Positions 17,944 to 27,430 of a stretch of 64,000 nucleotides of DNA are shown here, piece by piece. Both the position numbers and the translations under genes were made by a program. This stretch comes from Verrucomicrobiia bacterium (GTDB lineage Bacteria > Methylomirabilota > Methylomirabilia > Rokubacteriales > CSP1-6). Each line of letters starts with the position of its first letter. The first letter of the stretch is position 1. The notes beneath the pieces are model-generated. The model saw only the letters and a program-made list of their open reading frames with translations, had not been told where the DNA came from and searched no databases. Location of the stretch: positions 1,257 to 65,256 of the forward strand of contig DATJFY010000071.1 in assembly GCA_035495415.1 (NCBI GenBank), given 5' to 3'.

Positions 17944-17989
17944 CCAGGCGCCGACCACTCGCCACAGAGTGGCGGCGCCTGGACGTTTT
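17944..17989 (+). terminator. Rho-independent terminator-like hairpin
   Basis: ~16-bp stem with one bulged A (CCAGGCGCCGACCACTC / GAGTGGCGGCGCCTGG), 6-nt loop, then ACGTTTTA. Confidence 0.6.
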
Positions 17990-18049
17990 ACGGCGCTGGA
18001 ACCCCGACAGCAACATTGGCAACTCCCTGGAATCGTTGGACGCCCTCTC

Positions 18050-18065
18050 TGGAACGCCACTTGCT
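18050..18065 (+). promoter_or_regulatory. Sigma-54 (-24/-12) promoter TGGAACGCCACTTGCT
   Basis: Correct GG-N10-GC spacing with TTGCT at -12. The motif ends 26 nt upstream of the kinase ATG at 18092. Confidence 0.5.
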
Positions 18066-18091
18066 GCCGATAGGTCGATAGGACAGCCTCC

Positions 18092-19552
18092 ATGCGTCTG
18101 GCGCCCAAGATCTTTCTCGTGTCGGTGCTGGCGATCCTGCTTCTCGGCGGGGTGTCGGCCTGGAGCATCGTCGCGGTGAGCCGGCTCGTCGAGGTGAACC
18201 GTGACATCGCCACCCGCGCGGTGCCGGCCATCGAGATCGCGAGCGGGCTGCCCGAGGCGTTCCGCCGCCTCGTGCGCCTGGAGGCCAAGTACCTCGTGCT
18301 GCGCGACCGCGCCTATGCCGACCTGTGGAACGAGCGGGCCACGCGTGTGGCAAGCGAGCTCGACCGGCTCGGGACCCTGCTCGTGACGCCCGAGGAGCTC
18401 ACGTGGCAGCAGAGCGCGGCGTCCGCCTTCGCGGCCTACCGCGAGCACGTGAGCCACGAGCGCGTGCTCGTGGGCCGGGGCGAGATCGAACGCGCCCAGC
18501 AGCTCTCGGAGCGCGCCGCCCGGGAGGCCGCCGAGCTGGCGGAGACGAGCGTGGTCAAGCTGTCCGCGGCGTCGAACGCGGGGCTCGGGCGCGCCCAGGC
18601 CGATGCCGCCGCCCTTGCCTCGCGCACCTGGACCACGGTGATCATCGCCTTCATCGCGAGCCTCGCGGTGGCGATCATCGCCACCGCCATCGTGGCGGTC
18701 CGCATGACGCGCTCGCTGCGCCAGCTCTCCACCGCCACGCGCCAGCTCGCCGAGGGCGCTGCGACGGGGCCGCTGCCCATCGACCGCGGCGACGAGATCG
18801 GCGACGTCGGTCGGGCGTTCAACCGCATGGCGGAGCGGCTGAAGGAGGTCGACGCGCTCAAAGAGGATTTCTTCTCGCAGATCTCGCACGATCTCCGTAA
18901 CCCGTTGACGGGCATGCGGGGAGCCGCCCAGCTCCTGATTCAGGGCCGGACCGGGGGCGCCCTCCCGCCCCGCCAGCTCCAGATGGTCCGGGTCATCGAC
19001 GACAGCGCCGGGCGCATGCTGGCGATGGTCAACCAGATCCTCGAGTTCACCCGACTCCGCGCGCACTTGATGCCGCTCGAGCGGAAGCCGGTGGACCTCG
19101 CCAAGCTCGTGGCGCGCGCGCTCGACGAGTTCCATCCGCAGGCGGAAGCGGCCGGGGTCGCGCTCTCCACCACCACGAGCGGCGCCGACTTCACCGTGTA
19201 CGGTGACGAGGCGGGCCTCATGCGCGTGGTCACGAACCTGGTGGGGAACTCGCTCAAGTTCACGCCGCGGGCGGGGTCGGTGACCGCCCAGGTGCGGGAC
19301 TGGGACGCAGAGGTCGAGCTGCGGCTGACCGACACCGGCGAGGGAATTCCGGCGGACGCCCTGCCGCGCATCTTCGACGCCTACCGACAGGCGCACGCGG
19401 GCCGCAAGGGCTCGGGGCTCGGCCTCGCGGTGGTGAAGGGCTTCGTCGAAGCACACGGCGGCCGCGTCGAGGTCGAGTCCGATCTGGGCAAGGGAACCAC
19501 GTTCGTGGTGACGCTGCCGCGCTCCCTGCCGCACCTGGAAGCCGCCGCGTGA
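18092..19552 (+). CDS. Sensor histidine kinase (TM, helical periplasmic domain, TM, HAMP, HisKA, HATPase)
   Basis: 486 aa. Two TM segments. HAMP (RQLSTATRQLAEG...GDEIGDVGRAFNRMAERL). H-box FFSQISHDLRNPL. G-boxes DTGEGIP and GSGLGLAVVKG. Confidence 0.9.
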   Translation: MRLAPKIFLVSVLAILLLGGVSAWSIVAVSRLVEVNRDIATRAVPAIEIASGLPEAFRRLVRLEAKYLVLRDRAYADLWNERATRVASELDRLGTLLVTPEELTWQQSAASAFAAYREHVSHERVLVGRGEIERAQQLSERAAREAAELAETSVVKLSAASNAGLGRAQADAAALASRTWTTVIIAFIASLAVAIIATAIVAVRMTRSLRQLSTATRQLAEGAATGPLPIDRGDEIGDVGRAFNRMAERLKEVDALKEDFFSQISHDLRNPLTGMRGAAQLLIQGRTGGALPPRQLQMVRVIDDSAGRMLAMVNQILEFTRLRAHLMPLERKPVDLAKLVARALDEFHPQAEAAGVALSTTTSGADFTVYGDEAGLMRVVTNLVGNSLKFTPRAGSVTAQVRDWDAEVELRLTDTGEGIPADALPRIFDAYRQAHAGRKGSGLGLAVVKGFVEAHGGRVEVESDLGKGTTFVVTLPRSLPHLEAAA

Positions 19553-20100
19553 GCCGCGCGCGTCTCGGGATCGCGCTTGCGCTGATCGTCACCGCCGGCG
19601 GGGGCTGCGCGAGCTGGGCCGCACGCCCGGCCTGGGTGCCCGTCGTTTCCTGGGAGCCCCGCCCGACTCCGACCGCCGCCCCGCCCCCCGCCGCGACCGC
19701 GAGCGTACCCGCGCCTTCACCCGTGCCCCGAGCCGAGCCGGCGCGGCTCGTCGAACGCGCCGGCGAGCTGGCCCATGACGGCCGGCCGGTCGCCGCGCGT
19801 GACCTCTACGAACGCGTGGTGCGCGAGTACCCCGGCGATCCCGCGCGCGCGGCCGCGCTCTACGGCCTCGGGCAGCTCCAGTGCGACCCGGCCAGCCCCT
19901 TCCGCGACTATCGCGCCGGCTACACCACCTTCGGCCGCCTCCTCGCCGAGCATCCGCGCAGCACCTTCGAGGCGGACGCCCGGCTGTGGCGCGCCACGCT
20001 GAGCGAGCTGCTCGCGCGCGACGAGGAGATGGCCCGCATGCGCAGCCAGCTCCAGCGCCTCAAGCGGATCGAGGTGGAGCTGGAGCGGTCGCCGCGCTGA
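19549..20100 (+). CDS. Lipoprotein with TPR/YbgF-like helical domain and C-terminal coiled coil
   Basis: GTG start overlaps the kinase stop (GTGA). Lipobox LIVTAGGGC. Pro-rich linker, then a helical repeat region. Confidence 0.7.
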   Translation: MSRARLGIALALIVTAGGGCASWAARPAWVPVVSWEPRPTPTAAPPPAATASVPAPSPVPRAEPARLVERAGELAHDGRPVAARDLYERVVREYPGDPARAAALYGLGQLQCDPASPFRDYRAGYTTFGRLLAEHPRSTFEADARLWRATLSELLARDEEMARMRSQLQRLKRIEVELERSPR

Positions 20101-20107
20101 TCGCCCG

Positions 20108-20764
20108 CTATCGGAGGGAGTGCGCGAAGGCCAGGTAGCGGAAGCTCACTTCCTCCGCGTAACGATCCCCCGGGCGGTTCTCGGTGGCCTTGTCGGGATT
20201 GCGGTTGTACGCGCGAAGGGCGGTCGCGTTGAACCCGTAGCGCGTGATCTGCCAGCGGAGGTAGGCGGTGCCCACCCGCACGTTGAACTTGGGATCGGCC
20301 AGTGAGCCCAGCGAGGCGTAGGTGCCGTTCTTGCCCATCTCGGGCGGGGTGTAGTCGAGGCCCAGCCGCTTCACCACGAGCTCGGCGGTGGAGGGCATCA
20401 GCTGCATCAGCCCGATCTCGCCCGACTTGCCGATCGCGCCGGGGTTGAACTGGCTCTCCTTGTCGGCGATGGCCAGGATGATGCGGAAATCGATGTCGGC
20501 GGCCTGGCTCACCTCCAGCAGCGTGTGCGGAAAGCCGGCGAACTCCCGGATGGTCGCCTGCGGGTTGCGCTCCACGATGAGCGCGGTGATCTTCTGCTCC
20601 ATCTCGGCCCGGCCCTGATCGGCGCGTTCTTGAGCGAGGCGGCCCTGCGTGAGGCCGCCCATATAGAAGAGCGGGACGGCGGCGACGAGAAGCACAACGC
20701 CCAGCGCCTGCAGCCACGTCCCGCGAGTCTCGACGAACCGACGAGCCAGCGCGATAGCCTGCAT
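20108..20764 (-). CDS. Membrane-anchored lytic transglycosylase (SLT domain)
   Basis: AIADKESQFNP ... GEIGLMQLMPSTA ... AYNRNP. AGGAGG lies 10 nt upstream of the ATG at 20764. The longer ORF start at 20800 lacks an SD. Confidence 0.85.
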   Translation of the reverse strand: MQAIALARRFVETRGTWLQALGVVLLVAAVPLFYMGGLTQGRLAQERADQGRAEMEQKITALIVERNPQATIREFAGFPHTLLEVSQAADIDFRIILAIADKESQFNPGAIGKSGEIGLMQLMPSTAELVVKRLGLDYTPPEMGKNGTYASLGSLADPKFNVRVGTAYLRWQITRYGFNATALRAYNRNPDKATENRPGDRYAEEVSFRYLAFAHSLR

Positions 20765-20839
20765 GATCACGAGTCCTCCTGCCGACTGGATTTTGTTCAT
20801 GGTGTGCGCGGTGTTACCGAGCTGTCAGTCCAGTAGAGT

Positions 20840-20855
20840 GGCAAGCGGTGTGCCA
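20840..20855 (-). promoter_or_regulatory. Sigma-54 (-24/-12) promoter TGGCACACCGCTTGCC, minus strand
   Basis: Perfect TGGCAC-N5-TTGC. Lies ~75 nt upstream of the SLT start. The site is near-palindromic, so the + strand reads TGGCAAGCGGTGTGCC at 20839..20854. Confidence 0.55.
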
Positions 20856-21159
20856 CGGAGAGGCCGCGGCTGGGAGGCTGGAAGAATCACGAGATGACAG
20901 TGCGCAACCATTTCGCGCTCGCGAGTTGTCAGGATCTCCGACAGCGTCACGCAGTGTCAGAGCCCACTAAAGGTTCTATGGCGCTCAGGCCACGAGGGCA
21001 AACCGGCGGCGACCGAGGCCTTCACATTCGGGGGGGACTCTGCTCGCGTCGGCGCGTCGGCATCCTCCGCGGAAACGATGCGCTCAATCAATTCACGCGC
21101 TTGACACTGACGGGGTGGGGCGGCCACTCGATCCGGCGGGGATTGAGCAGCCGGGTACA

Positions 21160-21951
21160 ATGAGTGCGATGGCGCTCGTGCTTGCGGCGATGCTGCTCGC
21201 CACGCTCCTCCTCGAAACCGCGCCCGCGGACGCCCAGGGTCGCGCGCCGGCGACGAGCCCCACCGGCCGTTCCCCGAACTTCTCGCGGCAGGCCGCCGAG
21301 GCGGACCGCATGGCCGCCGAGATCGTCCGCACGAGCCGTGAGTACATCGCGAGTCTCGAGCGGATGCGCGCCGCCTATCAGCAGGATGCCGCCGCGCTCG
21401 CCGAGATGGTCGAGGTGCGCCGCGATCTCTACCAGCGGCAGATCATCTCGAAGCGCGAGGTCGAGATCGCCGAGGAAGCCCTCGCCGCGGCGAATCGCAA
21501 GGTCGAAGAGGCCGACCGCGCGATCAGGGACGCGAGCACCATCCGCGAGTCGATACTCGGCGAGGCCGCCCTCCATGCCGAGATCGCGAAGACGGCGCTG
21601 CCCGCGGGCGGTTACCTCGCCACCGGCGTGTTCATCCGCTTCAACGGCACGGCGGCATTCACGCTCGCTGATCTCCCGAAGGTCGAGCGCTTCTTTGGTT
21701 ACCGCTTCGGTCGCGGCCTGCCCGTCAGCGCGCTGGGCCAGAGCGCGGTGCATGACCGCATCGGCTTCGACCATCGCAACGCGGTGGACGTGGCCCTGCA
21801 CCCCGACAGCGCCGAAGGGCAGGCGTTGATGAGCTATCTGCAGAGCCAGAACATTCCGTTCATCGCGGTGCGGCAGGCGGTGCCGGGCTCCTCCACCGGC
21901 GCCCACATCCACATCGGGCAGCCGTCGCGGAGATTCACGGCGCGTCACTGA
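21160..21951 (+). CDS. Secreted coiled-coil protein with C-terminal LAS-like (H-x4-D ... H-x-H) putative metallopeptidase motif
   Basis: Signal peptide MSAMALVLAAMLLATLLLETAPADAQG. Central heptad-rich segment. C-terminus has FDHRNAVDVAL and TGAHIHIG. Start could be 21169. Confidence 0.6.
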   Translation: MSAMALVLAAMLLATLLLETAPADAQGRAPATSPTGRSPNFSRQAAEADRMAAEIVRTSREYIASLERMRAAYQQDAAALAEMVEVRRDLYQRQIISKREVEIAEEALAAANRKVEEADRAIRDASTIRESILGEAALHAEIAKTALPAGGYLATGVFIRFNGTAAFTLADLPKVERFFGYRFGRGLPVSALGQSAVHDRIGFDHRNAVDVALHPDSAEGQALMSYLQSQNIPFIAVRQAVPGSSTGAHIHIGQPSRRFTARH

Positions 21952-22002
21952 CCGCTTTCCTGTATAGTTGCGGCGACGCGGGCCCAGTCGACCGGAGGAC
22001 AT

Positions 22003-23403
<1,401 letters not shown>

Positions 23404-23622
23404 CACTGCACTTCCCTCTGCCGATGCACTGCCAGCGGGGCAGGTGCCTCAAGTACGGTTCATCATTGGCGATTTTGCCTCCGAGCCCCCCTCTTCTCTC
23501 GCGACCTGCCCCGCCGATCGTGCAGGGAGGGCGGCGGACTCGCGACTCCGCGTCGAGAAAGGTGTCGGGAAAGGCGCACGGAAACGCGGAGTTTTTTCGC
23601 CTCGGGCCGACGGCCGCGCTCA

Positions 23623-23638
23623 TGGCGGCCGAATTGCT
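23623..23638 (+). promoter_or_regulatory. Sigma-54 (-24/-12) promoter TGGCGGCCGAATTGCT
   Basis: Correct GG-N10-GC spacing with TTGCT at -12. Lies ~80 nt upstream of the small ORF at 23717. Confidence 0.55.
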
Positions 23639-23716
23639 CTATTCTCCCCCTCGGGCAGTGGATCTCATTGGGAGGTCTCCTCGCCCGGCGACTCATTCCT
23701 CATGGGAGGGAACGCA

Positions 23717-23854
23717 ATGACGAAGCTCGTGGCCGTGCTGGCGATTCTCGCGTCGTTCCTGCTGGTGGCGCCGGTGATCGAGTCGGGTACGTCGGAGTCC
23801 AGCCAGATCTTCCTGGCCATCGGTAATGCGGACGGCGGCGCCGGAGGGGACTAG
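23717..23854 (+). CDS. Small (45 aa) protein with N-terminal hydrophobic segment (signal peptide or TM) and acidic/Gly tail
   Basis: MTKLVAVLAILASFLLVAPVIESGTSESSQIFLAIGNADGGAGGD. SD GGGAGGG lies 6 nt upstream. GC3-rich codons. Confidence 0.55.
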   Translation: MTKLVAVLAILASFLLVAPVIESGTSESSQIFLAIGNADGGAGGD

Positions 23855-25523
23855 TCTCACGCCACCTCGTCGGGGAGCGGCCGGCCATTCCCCTCGGGCC
23901 TCCGCACGAGCTTGGAGGGGCTTCGGCCCCTCTCTGCTCTTGATGACCCTCGTGCTGCTGGCCGGGCCCGCGGCGCCGCCCGCGCACGCCGAGGAGCCGA
24001 CCGAGAACGCGGCTCGTGAAGTCGGCGTTTACCGGAGACCGCTCGGGAACGATCCCGCCACGCTCGATCCGGTCCGGGTCAGCGATCTCTACGGGCGCTC
24101 CGTCACCGAGCAAATCTTCGACGGCCTGGTCCAGTTCGACCAGACGCTGACGATCACCCCCGCCCTCGCCCGCTTCTGGCGGGCCTCGCGGGACGGGCTC
24201 GTGTGGACGTTAACGCTACGCCAGGGCATCAAGTTTCACCATGGCCGCGAGCTCACGTCCGACGACGTCGTGTTCTCGCTCAGCAGGATTCTGGACCCGA
24301 AGTCTCAGAGCGGCGCGGCCGATCTCTTCTCGAGCATCGAGGGCGCCCAGGAATTTCGCGAGGGGCGAGCGCCCACGGTGAGCGGGCTCCAGGCGCCCGA
24401 CCGCTACACGGTGCGGGTGATATTGCGCGAGGCGTCCACGCCCTTCGTGTCCGTGCTGGCCCTCGGGCACGCCAAGATCGTCCCGCGCGACATGGTCGAG
24501 AAGCAGGGCGCCGCCTTCGGCCAGCATCCGGTGGGGACAGGTCCGTTCAAGTTCGTCCGGTGGGAGCGCCGCAAGGAGATCGTGCTGTCGGCGAATCGGG
24601 ACTACTTCGAGGGCCCGCCCCGGCTCGCCCGGGTCATCTATCGTATCTTTCCCGGCGAGCTCAGCGACGTGATGTGCCGGGAGTTCGACCGGGGCGAGCT
24701 GGACGAGAGCCCGGTTCCCCCCGTCTGCCGGAACAAGGTCAATGACGCGCGGTATCAGTACGTCCGCCGCGTCACGTTCAGCGTCCGCTTCTACGGTCTG
24801 CAGACCCGCATGAAGCCGATGAGCGATGTCCGGGTGCGCCGCGCCATCGCCCACGCCATCGATCGGAACGCGCTTCTCGACGACGTGTTCACCGGCCGCT
24901 TTCAGCCCGCGCCCGGAATCTTGCCGCTGGGACTGCCGGGCTACAATCCGAACTTGAAGCCGCTCGGCTACGCCCCCGCGCGGGCGCGCGAGCTCCTTCG
25001 CGAGGCGGGACATCCGGACGGGCGGGGACTGCCGACCATCGTGTTCTGGTCGGGGGCGAAGAGCGAGCGGCTCGAGCGCGAGCTGGACACGGTGTCGCGG
25101 CAGCTCGGCGCCGTCGGCATCCGGACCGAAACGCGCTACGAGACCGATTGGCCGACCTTCTCGCGAGAGGTGAACGAGGGCAAGCTGCCAATGTTCATCT
25201 ACGCGTGGTACGCCGACGTGCCCGACCCCGACAACTTCCTCTTCCGGCTCTTCTACTCGCGGAGCCCGCGCAACCTCACCGGGTACTCCAACGCGATGGT
25301 GGACGGCCTGCTGATCCAGGCGCGGGGCGAGAAGGAGCTGGCCCGACGGATGGATCTGTACCGGCGGGCCGAGCAGACGATCCTGAACGACGCACCCATC
25401 ATCCCCATCTGGCACTACCCGTTCGAACGGCTCTTCCAGGGCTACGTGCGCAGCGTGGAGGTGAACGGGCTCGGCGATCCCTATATCCCACTGAGGAAGA
25501 TATGGTTGGAGGAGCGGCGATGA
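23826..25523 (+). CDS. Family-5 (peptide/nickel-type) periplasmic substrate-binding protein, no adjacent permease
   Basis: SBP5 pattern (DPATLDPVRVSDLY, FDGLVQFD, GIKFHHGRELTSDDVVFS, GTGPFKFVRWE, ANRDYFEG, VRRAIAHAID). Signal-like LLLMTLVLLAGPAAPPAHA. Start is uncertain: 23826 overlaps the small ORF; the alternative is 23943. Confidence 0.85.
   Translation: MRTAAPEGTSLTPPRRGAAGHSPRASARAWRGFGPSLLLMTLVLLAGPAAPPAHAEEPTENAAREVGVYRRPLGNDPATLDPVRVSDLYGRSVTEQIFDGLVQFDQTLTITPALARFWRASRDGLVWTLTLRQGIKFHHGRELTSDDVVFSLSRILDPKSQSGAADLFSSIEGAQEFREGRAPTVSGLQAPDRYTVRVILREASTPFVSVLALGHAKIVPRDMVEKQGAAFGQHPVGTGPFKFVRWERRKEIVLSANRDYFEGPPRLARVIYRIFPGELSDVMCREFDRGELDESPVPPVCRNKVNDARYQYVRRVTFSVRFYGLQTRMKPMSDVRVRRAIAHAIDRNALLDDVFTGRFQPAPGILPLGLPGYNPNLKPLGYAPARARELLREAGHPDGRGLPTIVFWSGAKSERLERELDTVSRQLGAVGIRTETRYETDWPTFSREVNEGKLPMFIYAWYADVPDPDNFLFRLFYSRSPRNLTGYSNAMVDGLLIQARGEKELARRMDLYRRAEQTILNDAPIIPIWHYPFERLFQGYVRSVEVNGLGDPYIPLRKIWLEERR
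23915..23932 (+). other. GC-rich stem-loop GAGGGGC-TTCG-GCCCCTC (UUCG tetraloop)
   Basis: Perfect 7-bp stem, followed by TCTGCTCTT. Lies 60 nt after the small-ORF stop. It would be inside the SBP CDS if that gene starts at 23826. Confidence 0.35.
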
Positions 25524-27430
25524 GCGCGCGCGCCCTCTTCGACCGGGTGGGCCGCCGCTTCAACTCTCTCCACGCCCGGCTGCTCGCCGGCACCATCCTC
25601 ATCCTCCTCGTGGTGATGGCCGGGGTGATCGCGGTCGTGGAGTACCGGCAGCGCGTGGCCATCATCGGCGAAGTGCTCCGGCGGGGCGAGGTCATCGTGC
25701 GCGACCTCGCGGCGATCTCGTCCACCCCGCTGCTCCTCTACAACTTCACCGCCCTCGAGCAGAACGTGGATCGCGTGCGGGGGAACACCGACGTGGTCTA
25801 CGCGGTGGTGCTGGACGCCGACGGGAAGGTGGCGGCCCACAGCCGCCGCCCCGACCTGGTGGGGAGCGTGCTCGCCACGCCCCTCGATCGGGCCGCCGCC
25901 GCGAGCGAGACCCTGCTCGTCCAGGAGAGCCAGAGCCGAGGCGCCGCGGTGTACGACTTCGCGGTGCCGGTCCTGATCGGCGCCCAGCGCTGGGGCACCG
26001 CGCGCGTCGGGCTCTCCAAGAAGCGGATGGAGGCGCAGATCCGCCGGACCCGTATCGAGCTGGCGGGCCTGACCGTGGTGACGCTGCTCGTGAGCGGTCT
26101 CGCCGCCGCGCTCGTCGCCCGCGCCATCTCCCGGCCGGTGCGGGAGCTGGCGGCGGGCGCGGAGGCCATCGCGCGGGGTGACCTCGACCAGCGCATCGCG
26201 GCGACCGGGTTCGGGGAGATCGGCCAGCTCGCGGTGGTCTTCAATCACATGACGGCGCAGCTCCTGCAGCAGCGCCACGATCTCGAGGCCACCCACGAGT
26301 CGCTCCGGGAGCGCTTCGAAGAGGTCGCCGACCTCAAGAGCTACACCGACAGCATCCTGGCCTCGATCACGAGCGGCATCGTGACCCTCGACCTCGATGG
26401 CCGGGTCGCCACCGTGAACCCCGCCGCCGAGCTCCTCACCGGCCTCTTCGCCGGCGAGATCGTGGGCCGGTACTGCACCGAGGTCTTCGCCCACACCCCC
26501 GGGGTCTCGGAGATCCTCATGGAGGCGCTCGCGAGCCGGGCGGGACTGGGCCACGTGTCCCTGAGCCTGCGGCGCCGGAACGGTACCGCGGTACCGGTGG
26601 AGATGAGCACGGCCCCGCTGCGTGGGCTGGAGGGGAAGGACCTCGGCGTGGTCGGGGTGTTCCGCGACGTGAGCCATGTTCGCGAGCTGGAGGGCCAGCT
26701 GCGCCGCTCCGACCGGCTCGCCGCCCTCGGCACCCTCGCCGCCGGGCTCGCCCACGAGATCAAGAATCCCCTCGCGTCACTGCGCACCTTCACGCGGATC
26801 ATCCCCCGCAAGTTCGAGGACGCCCGCTTCCGGGAGACGTTCATGCGGGTCGTGCCCCACGAGCTCGAGCGGATCAACGGCATCGTGGAGCAGCTTCTCG
26901 AGCTGGCCCGGCCGATCCGACTCCGGCCGGCTCCCCTCACCGTGCCGGGCGTGCTGGACCGGGTCCTCGAGCTGTACGCCAACGAGCTCGAGGCCAAGGG
27001 GATCGTGGTGACGCGGGAGTACGCGCGCGAGGTGCCGTCGATCACCGCCGATCCCGAGCGTCTCTACGAGGCGTTCGTCAACCTGGTCAGCAACGCCATC
27101 GCCGCCATGGCGCCGGGGGGTCGGCTCACCGTGCGCACCGCCTGGCACCGCCCGGGAGAGCCCGTGGGGCGCGGCACGGCGGGGCGCCGTGTGCGCGTCG
27201 AGATCGAGGACACGGGCAGCGGCATCTCAGCCTCGGAGGCCGACAAAGTGTTCGATCCCTTCTTCACCACCAAAGCGGAGGGCACGGGCCTCGGCCTCGC
27301 CCTCACGCACAAGATCATCGAGGATCACGGCGGAAGCATCGGCTTCCGGAGCGCGCCGGGCGTGGGCACGGTGTTCACCGTGCTCCTGCCCTTGGCCTCC
27401 GAGCGCGCCGCCGGAGAGCGCGATGTCTAG
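25520..27430 (+). CDS. Sensor histidine kinase, NtrB/AtoS-like (TM, periplasmic domain, TM, HAMP, PAS, HisKA, HATPase)
   Basis: 636 aa. ATG overlaps the SBP stop (ATGA). H-box LAAGLAHEIKNPLASL. PAS (ILASITSGIVTLDLDGRVATVNPAAELLTG). DTGSGI, GTGLGLALTHKII. Confidence 0.9.
   Translation: MSARALFDRVGRRFNSLHARLLAGTILILLVVMAGVIAVVEYRQRVAIIGEVLRRGEVIVRDLAAISSTPLLLYNFTALEQNVDRVRGNTDVVYAVVLDADGKVAAHSRRPDLVGSVLATPLDRAAAASETLLVQESQSRGAAVYDFAVPVLIGAQRWGTARVGLSKKRMEAQIRRTRIELAGLTVVTLLVSGLAAALVARAISRPVRELAAGAEAIARGDLDQRIAATGFGEIGQLAVVFNHMTAQLLQQRHDLEATHESLRERFEEVADLKSYTDSILASITSGIVTLDLDGRVATVNPAAELLTGLFAGEIVGRYCTEVFAHTPGVSEILMEALASRAGLGHVSLSLRRRNGTAVPVEMSTAPLRGLEGKDLGVVGVFRDVSHVRELEGQLRRSDRLAALGTLAAGLAHEIKNPLASLRTFTRIIPRKFEDARFRETFMRVVPHELERINGIVEQLLELARPIRLRPAPLTVPGVLDRVLELYANELEAKGIVVTREYAREVPSITADPERLYEAFVNLVSNAIAAMAPGGRLTVRTAWHRPGEPVGRGTAGRRVRVEIEDTGSGISASEADKVFDPFFTTKAEGTGLGLALTHKIIEDHGGSIGFRSAPGVGTVFTVLLPLASERAAGERDV

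Noticed and set aside
20823-20960. Five co-oriented TGTCAG/TGACAG/CGACAG hexamers as EBP upstream activating sites
   Set aside because: The motif is short and degenerate with irregular spacing (12, 16, 32 and 72 bp). There is no clear dyad symmetry, and no convincing equivalent occurs upstream of the other sigma-54 sites. This is not enough to call.
20894-21163. 89-aa ORF in the SLT / LAS-like intergenic spacer
   Set aside because: It has no SD, codon usage lacks the strong GC3 bias of neighbouring genes, and the sequence is Arg/Gly-rich. The region is more likely regulatory DNA.
21156-21171. TACAAT at 21156 as the -10 of a leaderless mRNA starting at the ATG at 21169
   Set aside because: No acceptable -35 or extended -10 lies at the right distance (TTGAGC is only 7 nt upstream). 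The choice between starts 21160 and 21169 is therefore left open.
23573-23587. GGCGCACGGAAACGC as a sigma-54 promoter
   Set aside because: The GG-to-GC spacing is one nucleotide too long (13 rather than 12) and there is no TTGC element. The properly spaced site at 23623 is preferred.
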